This document shows positions 7,435 through 15,035 of a stretch of 15,082 nt of DNA, piece by piece. The notes under the pieces were generated by a model, which worked only from the letters and a program-made list of their open reading frames with translations, was not told the DNA's origin and searched no databases. This DNA is from Thermovirgaceae bacterium. GTDB taxonomy: Bacteria > Synergistota > Synergistia > Synergistales > Thermovirgaceae. The stretch's first letter is position 1. Each line of letters begins with the position of its first letter. The DNA lies in assembly GCA_046542505.1 (NCBI GenBank), contig JBKHBH010000045.1:1-15082 (forward strand), read 5' to 3'. The translations under genes and the position numbers were made by a program.

Positions 7435-9840
7435 TCACGAGGTGGGGACCTTCTTATCTATTTCCTGAGTCGTGCGGCCAATGATTTCGTTCTGGACATC
7501 CTTCCCCAGTTCCACGAAGTATGCCGTGTATCCGGCAACCCTCACCAGAAGGTCCTTGTACTCTTCAGGCTTTCTTTGGGCTTCACGCAACGTCTTCTGG
7601 TCTATTACGTTGAACTGAACGTGATAGACTCCCAGGCTGCACATGCTCTTGAGTAAGGCCATGAGATTCTGCCGGCCTTTCTCGGACCCAAGCATTTCGG
7701 GTTCCACTTTCATATTGAGCAATGTGCCCTGGACGAAACGTCCATGAGGGATGCTCGCGATGGATTTGAGGACTCCACTGGGACCCTGGACGTCCGTCCC
7801 GCCCTGGGGGCTCACACCGTCAGTCAGAGGCAACCAGGCTTTTCTCCCCGAAGGGAGTGCTCCTACTTCCAGGCCAAAGGGGGTGTTGCCCGACACCGGC
7901 AGTATTCCCGGCGTCATCTTGCCAAACTTGCTTCGGTACTTTTCTATCTCGTCGGCGATATAAGTGAATATCTCGGAGGCGATGCCATCGACGTCCTCAA
8001 TGTCATTCCCGAACTTGGGAGCATCTTTGCAAAGTTTATAAATCTCTTCGTATCCCTCGAAATCGTTTTCGATTGCCTTGAGCAGTTCAGCCATGGTCAA
8101 CTTCCCGGACTCAAAAACCAGGTGTTTCACTGCCGCAAGACTGTTTACAAGGTCCGCAACACCGATGAGGATGATCCCGTTACCTGTATTGTATTTTGCC
8201 CCACCCCAAGCGTAGTCTTTGGCTTTTTCAATGCATTCCTTGAATGAAAAGGACAAGGCGGGTACCGGACGGTTCATGCAAACCTCATCGATCAGGTGAC
8301 TGCCTTTGACGACAACTCGGATCATGTAGGCCAACTGTTCTTTGACGGCTTTCAGAAACTCCTCGTAGCTCATGAAAGATTTTGGGTCCGGCGTCCCGAT
8401 GGAGATTTTTCTGTCATACTTCCTGCTTCTGCCCCCAAGCATGACAAGCTCAATAGCACTTCCGAGGTTGATGTCGGCGAGGGCCGTATATGCCCGGAGT
8501 CTTCCCATCAGGTTCGTTTCAACGCACCCGCAGGGATTCCAGTCATAGGCCTCCTGCAGGGGAACACCCTTGTTCTGGAGCATCCTGATGCCAATCTCGT
8601 CATTATGAAAGGCAGGGAATCCGGTGCCGAGACTAATAAGGTCTACGACCTTGCGAAGGAACTTGTTCGGGTTCTTCGCCATGTTGTAACGGACAGACAA
8701 TGACGGTTGATAAAGCCGAACATCCATGGTGGCCTGCAAGATCATGTAAGAGAGATCATTCACCGCGTCTTGCCCCGTCTTGTCTACTCCACCAACACAG
8801 ACGTTCTGGAACATGGGGTACCCAGCGGCAAATTCGGCGGTTACTTTATCCTGGAACAGGCAGGGTTCGCTGAACTTTATCCAGAGGCAATCGAGAAGCT
8901 CCTGGGCTTTTTCTGGGGTGATGCGGCCTGCCTCCAAGTCCTCCTTGTAGAAGGGCCATAGATACTGATCCATTCGCCCCGGGTTGTAGGATGCAGCATT
9001 CTGTTCCATGAAGATGCAGATCTGGTACAGGTAGAGTGACTGGAGGGCTTCCTGGAAAGTTCTTGCCGGCTTTGCTGGAACCTGGCGGCAGGATTCTGCA
9101 ATGATCTCCAGCTCTCGCTTTCTCGCGCTGTCCTCTTCTGATGCCGCGAGGTTTTCCGCTTCCTCGGCATATCGTGCCGCAAGAATGCGCATTCCTTCTG
9201 CCACAACAAGGAGAGAGTCAAGATAAACACCCTCTTCATAAGCACCAGGGTCCGTTAAATCTATTTCCTGTTTCCGGGCAAGGATTTCCTGCTCTATACC
9301 GGAGACTCCTTTGTTGATTATCCGCTGATAGTCGGCTGTCGTTTCTCCAAACCCCCTAACAGCCTTCCTGTCGATAAACACGGCACCGTTATCCTTGAGA
9401 GCTGCCACGTCTTCCGGAACCTGGGCGAGCCACTGCTCGTAGGTGGAACGTCCCTTCCAGTAAGGCCTGATGACTTCCTTGAAATACTTCTTGTCTTCAG
9501 GTGACAGATAAAAGGGGTCGTAAGGGCGGTTGCTGATTGTTTCCAGCTCATCATCCAATATGGACCAACAAGTATCTGGATTGAGAATGCCTCCTCTGAG
9601 CTTGCTCCCCGCACAGCCGACGATCAATTCGTCCGGGAAAACCGTGACATCCTTCCTTTTACATTGTTCGCGAAACGCCTTGGCCTTTCTCAGAACAAAG
9701 GGCTCACCTTCGGTCTGCATAAAACTTTCTGTTGTTATTCTCGCGTTTTCAAGGTCCATCTCAGGCCTTATGCTCAGAACTCGCGTCTTCAGGCGTTCCA
9801 CTCTGTCCATATAAGAAGGCCGTTCTGCTCTCTGTGTCAA
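7435..9840 (-). CDS. Glycyl radical enzyme, PFL2/glycerol-dehydratase-like eliminase class, substrate unassigned
   Basis: C-terminal RVAGY glycyl motif (7528-7542), Cys loop PCGCVET (C-x-E, 8515-8535), GRMDQ and PKFGND. SD GAAGGGAG 8 nt before TTG 9840 gives 801 aa; the ORF is open to 9861. Confidence 0.95.
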   Translation of the reverse strand: MTQRAERPSYMDRVERLKTRVLSIRPEMDLENARITTESFMQTEGEPFVLRKAKAFREQCKRKDVTVFPDELIVGCAGSKLRGGILNPDTCWSILDDELETISNRPYDPFYLSPEDKKYFKEVIRPYWKGRSTYEQWLAQVPEDVAALKDNGAVFIDRKAVRGFGETTADYQRIINKGVSGIEQEILARKQEIDLTDPGAYEEGVYLDSLLVVAEGMRILAARYAEEAENLAASEEDSARKRELEIIAESCRQVPAKPARTFQEALQSLYLYQICIFMEQNAASYNPGRMDQYLWPFYKEDLEAGRITPEKAQELLDCLWIKFSEPCLFQDKVTAEFAAGYPMFQNVCVGGVDKTGQDAVNDLSYMILQATMDVRLYQPSLSVRYNMAKNPNKFLRKVVDLISLGTGFPAFHNDEIGIRMLQNKGVPLQEAYDWNPCGCVETNLMGRLRAYTALADINLGSAIELVMLGGRSRKYDRKISIGTPDPKSFMSYEEFLKAVKEQLAYMIRVVVKGSHLIDEVCMNRPVPALSFSFKECIEKAKDYAWGGAKYNTGNGIILIGVADLVNSLAAVKHLVFESGKLTMAELLKAIENDFEGYEEIYKLCKDAPKFGNDIEDVDGIASEIFTYIADEIEKYRSKFGKMTPGILPVSGNTPFGLEVGALPSGRKAWLPLTDGVSPQGGTDVQGPSGVLKSIASIPHGRFVQGTLLNMKVEPEMLGSEKGRQNLMALLKSMCSLGVYHVQFNVIDQKTLREAQRKPEEYKDLLVRVAGYTAYFVELGKDVQNEIIGRTTQEIDKKVPTS

Positions 9841-9971
9841 TTCAAGCACTCCCTTCAACAATCACGCCGCCGAAACCCTCTCGAAAGAATCTGACGTAAA
9901 AAAACGTTACACATACCGAATTCCTGTTTTTTTAAAAAACTAGACAATTAATTTGGAGCCCAAATATATTT

Positions 9972-9981
9972 TGGGATCCCA
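9972..9981. promoter_or_regulatory. Palindromic operator copy TGGGATCCCA just downstream of the predicted GRE transcription start
   Basis: Same core as the 16-bp palindrome at 10019-10034. A degenerate third copy TTGGAGCCCA is at 9953-9962. Confidence 0.65.
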
Positions 9982-9990
9982 GGTATTTAT

Positions 9991-10019
9991 CTTATATACC
10001 CCCAAGAGTTCGTTGTCAA
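9991..10019 (-). promoter_or_regulatory. Sigma70-type promoter of the GRE operon
   Basis: TTGACA (10019-10014), 17 nt, TATAAG (9996-9991) on the minus strand. An overlapping TAAGAT is an alternative -10. Confidence 0.7.
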
Positions 10020-10034
10020 CATGGGATCCCATGT
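10019..10034. promoter_or_regulatory. Perfect 16-bp palindrome ACATGGGATCCCATGT abutting the -35 box, probable operator
   Basis: Seen directly; the core is repeated 50 bp away; adjacent to a GntR-family gene. Confidence 0.7.
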
Positions 10035-10080
10035 AACGCGAACTTCGTCGGCGTTTTCTACATCGGGTCTTTCTCTAATA

Positions 10081-10132
10081 CAAAGGGAAAAGAAACCAAC
10101 CCTCCACCAGTTTCTGGTGGAGGGTTGGTTTC
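10081..10132 (-). terminator. Intrinsic terminator of the GntR-family gene
   Basis: Perfect 19-bp stem (10092-10110 / 10114-10132) with a 3-nt loop, followed by TTTTCCCTTTG on the minus strand, about 35 nt after the stop. Confidence 0.85.
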
Positions 10133-10166
10133 CTGCATCGTTACCTAAAAAGGAGCTGAAGGGGCT

Positions 10167-10865
10167 TCAGGCTCGGGTAACTTTTCTGAGTGCCATTTCC
10201 AGACCCGCCTCGAGGTGTTCCTTGCGGAGGATGTCCCAAGCCTCGAAAAAACTTTTCTCCCTGACCGCCTGAACAAACCTGTACATGCCAGCAATCGTCT
10301 GCGTTACATGATTGGCTGTTTTTTCCGACATCATTCCAATGCGGATCAGCTCTTCCCTATTGGCCTGGTAAAACCGGTCAATCCTCCGATTGTCCAGCGC
10401 TCTCACGATCTCGGCATGAAATTGCGTATCCTGGCACTCCCATTCGAAAAGGTCATTCTGGGCCGCCTTGACCCTAACCACGATTTCCTCGAGCCAATAA
10501 GATGCTTCCCAGGTACGTTCATCATCAAAAATCTTTTGAAGTCCATTTTTCTCAATAATTCTCCTGATTTGGTAAATCTCGTTGACATCTTCAGCAGTGA
10601 TCTGCCTGACTTTAATCTTTTTCCGGAAATCTGCCTCAATCCAGCCTTCGCTCACCAGTTGTTTGACAGCCATACGTATCGGCATCCGACTCATTTGAAG
10701 CTCCTTTGCAAGCGAAGCTTCGGACAGTGGCTCACCCGGAGGATAGGTCAGGTCAAGGATTCTACGTTTGATTATCTGATACGCCACGGAGAAGAGCGAT
10801 TTGCCTGACGAATCTGCTGAAAGGACAGGATTCTTTTGTTCTTCCGTAACTTTTTTGTAAACGAT
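10167..10865 (-). CDS. GntR-family transcriptional regulator with FCD domain; start codon uncertain
   Basis: wHTH segment AYQIIKRRILDLTYPPGEPLSEASLAKELQMSRMPIRMAVKQLVSEG, and FCD features EIYQIRRIIE, DTQFHAEI and EHL. The ORF is open to 10988, but the strong SD GGAGGAGG (10872-10879) points to ATC 10865. Confidence 0.9.
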   Translation of the reverse strand: MVYKKVTEEQKNPVLSADSSGKSLFSVAYQIIKRRILDLTYPPGEPLSEASLAKELQMSRMPIRMAVKQLVSEGWIEADFRKKIKVRQITAEDVNEIYQIRRIIEKNGLQKIFDDERTWEASYWLEEIVVRVKAAQNDLFEWECQDTQFHAEIVRALDNRRIDRFYQANREELIRIGMMSEKTANHVTQTIAGMYRFVQAVREKSFFEAWDILRKEHLEAGLEMALRKVTRA

Positions 10866-10972
10866 GAGAATCCTCCTCCAATATGCCGCACCAAAAAGCA
10901 AATCCCGGGATCTGGTCGGGTCCAGATTGGCGACATCTTGCCCGGATACATAAAGGCTAAAAGGCAAGACGA

Positions 10973-11001
10973 ATATTAGCATTGTCACTTCGTGGTGTAA
11001 A
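10973..11001 (-). promoter_or_regulatory. Sigma70-type promoter of the GntR-family gene
   Basis: TTTACA (11001-10996), 17 nt ending TGC, TAATAT (10978-10973); an extended -10 arrangement. Confidence 0.6.
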
Positions 11002-11217
11002 GATTCGAGTTAAAGTTACATAAACGTTACACACCCCCGTGAACTGATCCAACGGAAGCACCAATGTGGTTTGCAGACAATCTACCAGTACGAAACCTTT
11101 TACACCTTCACTCGCGAATAAAACGTCCACAAAAACGATCGCAATGTTTGTTGTACGAATCACAATTTCCGTCACGAAGCGGTTTTCGACTCATTACAAC
11201 GAGTGGTCGTTTCGGGT

Positions 11218-11228
11218 TGTGTTATAAT
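11218..11228 (+). promoter_or_regulatory. Extended -10 promoter candidate TGTG-T-TATAAT
   Basis: Perfect TGnTATAAT with no recognisable -35. It points toward the binding-protein gene about 360 nt downstream. Confidence 0.45.
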
Positions 11229-11590
11229 TATTTACACCTTTTTGAGCAATTCGTATCATTTCCAAAAACCTGAGTGATTGACACGGAGGTGATGGGTTTG
11301 TCGAAATCGAGATTATAAAGGAAGATGGCTCTCCTGTCCTTATGGTAAAACGGCTTTCGCAACCTGACTAGAAATATGTCGCCTGAAGATTTACCTCTTT
11401 AAAAAGAACCCTTCTGCATCCCTAGAGGCGAAACCCGGCAACCCAAAAACCGGGTAAGCAATAACCCAGATAGAACCAACCAAAAAAGAACTAATCAGTA
11501 AAAATGGGATTTTTGGCTGACCCTGGAACAGTCCGGGGCTTACAACAGCTGAACTTTTTACAGTTCTTTTATTCAAGAAAGGAGAATGTT

Positions 11591-12580
11591 ATGAAACGCA
11601 TCATTACGGCTCTTCTAATCTTCTGTTTTTCGGCCCTTCCGGCCGCAGCCAACGACAGGGTGATCTTTACCGACTGGAGCTGGGAAAGTGTCCAGGTCCA
11701 CAACAGGATCGCCGGATATATCCTCGAAAAAGGCTTCGACCGTGAGGTCCACTATGCCTTCTCGGAAGAAATTCCTGGCGTGCTCGGCATGGAGCGCGGC
11801 GATTTTCACATCGCCATGGAGGCATGGATCGACAATGCCCCCGGTCTCTTCGACAGGGCCATGAAGGGCGGCGACATCGTGAACCTGGGACGGAATTTCC
11901 CCGACGCCCCCCAGGGCTGGTACGTTCCCACCTATGTCATCGAAGGCGACCCCGAGAGGGGAATCGAACCCATGGCACCCGATCTGAAATCCGTGAAGGA
12001 CCTGCCCAAATACTGGGAAGTCTTCAAGGATCCTGAGCAGGACAACAAAGGGCGCCTCTACAACGGCCCATCAGGCTGGAACGTGAGCGTCGTCAATGAA
12101 AAGAAAATAGAGGCCTACGGCCTTGAAGATACCTACGTAGCTTTCTATTCAGGCTCCGCCAGCGCTTTGGCCACGGCAATCGCCTCGAATTATGAAAAGG
12201 GCAACCCCGTTTTGGCCTATTACTGGGAACCCACGCCCATCATCGGCATGTACGACATGACCAAGCTAGAGGAACCTCCCTACGATCCTGAAATCTGGGA
12301 TTCCACGGGTGGTTGCGGTTTCCCGACCTGCCGGGTCCAGATCATCGCAAACAAGCGATTCATCGAGGCCAATCCCGAAATTGAAGCTATGCTTCAACGT
12401 TATGAGACGACCCTCGAACAGACCAACGCAGCCTTGGCATACATGCAGAAAAACGAAGCCGACGTCATGAAAGGCGCCATCTGGTTCTTGAAAAACCACC
12501 CGCAGGACTGGAAAGCGTGGGTGGACGACGAGGCAAAAATCAAAAAGATCGAAAATGCTCTTGAGAAGGAAACCCTTTAG
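11591..12580 (+). CDS. Glycine betaine/proline betaine/carnitine ABC substrate-binding protein (ProX/OpuAC family)
   Basis: SD AAGGAG before ATG 11591. Signal peptide MKRIITALLIFCFSALPAAA and motifs DWSWES, MEAW, GWYVPTYV, APDLKSVKDL, GPSGW, YYWEPT and a C-terminal WKAWV. Confidence 0.9.
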   Translation: MKRIITALLIFCFSALPAAANDRVIFTDWSWESVQVHNRIAGYILEKGFDREVHYAFSEEIPGVLGMERGDFHIAMEAWIDNAPGLFDRAMKGGDIVNLGRNFPDAPQGWYVPTYVIEGDPERGIEPMAPDLKSVKDLPKYWEVFKDPEQDNKGRLYNGPSGWNVSVVNEKKIEAYGLEDTYVAFYSGSASALATAIASNYEKGNPVLAYYWEPTPIIGMYDMTKLEEPPYDPEIWDSTGGCGFPTCRVQIIANKRFIEANPEIEAMLQRYETTLEQTNAALAYMQKNEADVMKGAIWFLKNHPQDWKAWVDDEAKIKKIENALEKETL

Positions 12581-12630
12581 GGTTAAACCCTTTCTCGCAA
12601 AGAAAGACGAAAAAATGGAGGAATCCCCTC

Positions 12631-14409
12631 ATGGGTGAAAACAAAAACCTTTCGAAGACGCGGCAGTTGCCGCGTCTTCGTTTCCCTGACCTGAGAAAGA
12701 CCTGTGAGGACTTCGTTGACTGGTCGGCACCTTTTTTGAACGGGACGGAACTTGCCGAAACAGACCGCGTAGTCAGGGACTTTCTGGCCCCCCACGGACC
12801 GGGACATGCCTTGCAGCGCGCCCTGGAGGAGACCCTCCAGGAGGATCCTTCCTTTCTGGGACACATACCGTATTGGAACAGGTGGTACCTCGCCCAGGAT
12901 GCGCCTTTGGGCTTTGAGACAAACCCATACTACCTTCTCGACGTTGAGCCCATGGACCCCTTGCGTCAAGCGGCGGAGCTCACATCAAAGGCAGTCGCCT
13001 TTTGCCTTTCCATCGCAGACGGGACTCTCGAGCCTGATTATTACAACGGGCGGGCCCTTTGCATGAAGCAGTACTCTTCGATATTCGGAGGTGTGCGGAT
13101 CCCCCGGGAAGGCCCCGACAGTTTTACCAGCCACGCATCCGGCCGCTGCCGGAAGGAACTGCCCGGACATATCGTCGTGCTGCGGGGAGGGAAAATCTTC
13201 ACCCTCGAGGTTCTAGACGACGAGGCGCGCCCCTGTGGCACTGACTCCCTCGAAAAAGCCTTTCACCGCATCACGGAACTTCCACGCAACCCACAGATCC
13301 ACGCGGGAGTGCTGACAACCCTGAAAAGGCACGAATGGGCCCATCTCCGGAATGACCTTCTCAAGGCACACAAAAACAATGAAGAGGCTCTCAAATCCAT
13401 TGAAAGCGCTCTTTTTGCGGTCTGCCTGGACGACGCGGCGCCTGCCGACATCGAGGAGGCGGGCCGGCTCCTTTTAAGCGGGAACAACAGGTGGTACGAC
13501 AAGACCCTCCAGATCGTCGTCTTCCGCGACGGCCAGGCCGGAATCAATTTCGAGCATTCCCACCTCGACGGGCTTCCGCTGACGCGGCTCGCGAGGACTC
13601 TGGCACAAAAGGCCACAAAAAAAGAGACTACGACCGCTTGGATTCCCTCCTTCCGAGAGGTTCCACTGGCGCTGACCACGAAACTGCGTGGTCATATCGA
13701 AAGGGCGGACAGGAAGCTTGAAAAACGGGTTTCGAAACTGGGGACACGACTTCTTGAACTTCCCGTCGGCAAAGGGGATATCAAACGATGCGGAGTCAGT
13801 CCCGATGCCTTCGTCCAGATCGCACTCCTTTTGGCCTGCCGAAACCATTGGGGCCGGTGGGTCAGCACATCTGAAGCCGTGATGCTTCGCCTCTTTGAAG
13901 GAGGAAGGACGGGCGTCATGCGAACTCTTACACCTGCGGCCCTTGCTTTCTTCACACTTCTGGAATCACCTGCAGCAGCCTCACGGGCACAGGCGGAAGC
14001 ACTCCGGAAGGCTTCAGAGGCTCACGCGCGGCGCATCAACCTCTGCCTGGAAGGACACGCTCCAGAGGAGCACCTCCAGGCCCTTCTGGCGGTCCACCTG
14101 CACAGAGGCGAAAGGGACAGGACGCTTCCTCAACTTTTCGCCAGCGTGTCCTGGAAAAGGCTGCAGGAAACTTTCGTTGCCACAAGCACAACGCCGCCCG
14201 AAGGTCTGAGACTTGCGGGTTACGGCCCTCTATCGGAAGACGGCTTCGGCGGAAGATACATGAAGACCGACCCACACATCCTGTTCAATCTGAGTTTCTG
14301 GAGGGGGAGCGCTTCCGACCCGGAAAGTTTTGCCGAATCCCTTTGCAGCTCCCTGGAGGAAATGTTCTCCGTTTTTGAAGACGTTCCAACAGAGGACCAG
14401 AGGCGATAG
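12631..14409 (+). CDS. Choline/carnitine O-acyltransferase family protein
   Basis: LPRLRFPDL, LCMKQY, HIVVLRGG, ALFAVCLD, NNRWYDKTLQ, catalytic FEHSHLDG (His codon 13555-13557), SPDAFVQIAL, FEGGRT, ATS and GYGPLSEDGFG. SD GGAGGA at 12617-12622. Confidence 0.93.
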   Translation: MGENKNLSKTRQLPRLRFPDLRKTCEDFVDWSAPFLNGTELAETDRVVRDFLAPHGPGHALQRALEETLQEDPSFLGHIPYWNRWYLAQDAPLGFETNPYYLLDVEPMDPLRQAAELTSKAVAFCLSIADGTLEPDYYNGRALCMKQYSSIFGGVRIPREGPDSFTSHASGRCRKELPGHIVVLRGGKIFTLEVLDDEARPCGTDSLEKAFHRITELPRNPQIHAGVLTTLKRHEWAHLRNDLLKAHKNNEEALKSIESALFAVCLDDAAPADIEEAGRLLLSGNNRWYDKTLQIVVFRDGQAGINFEHSHLDGLPLTRLARTLAQKATKKETTTAWIPSFREVPLALTTKLRGHIERADRKLEKRVSKLGTRLLELPVGKGDIKRCGVSPDAFVQIALLLACRNHWGRWVSTSEAVMLRLFEGGRTGVMRTLTPAALAFFTLLESPAAASRAQAEALRKASEAHARRINLCLEGHAPEEHLQALLAVHLHRGERDRTLPQLFASVSWKRLQETFVATSTTPPEGLRLAGYGPLSEDGFGGRYMKTDPHILFNLSFWRGSASDPESFAESLCSSLEEMFSVFEDVPTEDQRR

Positions 14410-14554
14410 TAAAAAGCAGATTGAAATCTTTGGGACGGAGCGTTTTTCAAAAAAAGCCTCATGCAATACAATAGATCTGTATCGTGGCAACCTTGCGCCC
14501 GGTTGCTTTCCGGGAGCTGGTGTCACAAACTCTGAGTTGAAAGGAGGACGTTCC

Positions 14555-15001
14555 ATGACATTCATTATCCGCTCCGCAGCGTTCGAAGGCGGAGGAAGGA
14601 TTCCGCGCGATTACACCTGCGACGGCAAGGATCTTTCACCTGCACTCCAGTGGCAGGGAGAACCTGAAGACACCCGAAGCTTCGCCCTCGTTATGGACGA
14701 CCCCGACGCTCCCGTGGGAATCTTCGCACACTGGCTCCTCTGGAACATTCCCTCCACGACACGATCCATTCCCGAGGGCGGCTCGGCAGGGATGGAGGGA
14801 CGCAACGGTTTCGGCCGGATCGGGTACGGCGGCCCCTGTCCTCCGAAAGGACATGGACCACACCGGTATTTCTTCAGGATTTTTGCCCTTAACGTGGAAT
14901 CTGTCGACCTCAAAAAGGGAGCAACCCGAAAGGAACTGACCCAGGCCATCGAGCCCCACGTGCTGGCGACAGCGGAATGCATGGGCATCTACGAGCGTTA
15001 G
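14555..15001 (+). CDS. YbhB/YbcL family Raf kinase inhibitor-like (PEBP) protein
   Basis: YTCDGKDLSPALQW, MDDPDAP, FAHW, GYGGPCPP and HRYFFRIFAL. SD AAGGAGG at 14541-14547 before ATG 14555 gives 148 aa. Confidence 0.95.
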   Translation: MTFIIRSAAFEGGGRIPRDYTCDGKDLSPALQWQGEPEDTRSFALVMDDPDAPVGIFAHWLLWNIPSTTRSIPEGGSAGMEGRNGFGRIGYGGPCPPKGHGPHRYFFRIFALNVESVDLKKGATRKELTQAIEPHVLATAECMGIYER

Positions 15002-15035
15002 CTGCAGCCGTCCGGCCAAAGGTGACCATCGAGTA

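Noticed and set aside
7435..9840. Calling the GRE hypD, pflB, cutC or glycerol dehydratase
   Set aside because: No adjacent CC pair as in PFL; the HypD His/Asp/Asp/Tyr residues are not matched; no CutC-like signature or microcompartment genes. The gene symbol is left blank.
11148..11165. Rex-like site TTGTTGTACGAATCACAA
   Set aside because: Only about 10 of 14 positions match TTGTGAA-N4-TTCACAA, and it does not overlap a predicted promoter element.
11281..11560. Fluoride, c-di-AMP or c-di-GMP riboswitch upstream of the binding protein
   Set aside because: GGTGATGG resembles the start of the fluoride riboswitch, but the pairing partner and 3' motif are missing. Conserved cores of the other two were not found by eye.
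12570..12593. Short palindrome AACCCTTTAGGGTT and AAACCCTTT duplication at the binding-protein stop codon
   Set aside because: Too short and weak to call a terminator or a target-site duplication.
14330..14554. ORF-track N-terminal extensions of the PEBP gene (14330), the binding protein (11504) and the hypothetical gene (796)
   Set aside because: Strong SD sequences, and family or signal-peptide N-termini for the first two, point to ATG 14555, 11591 and 829.
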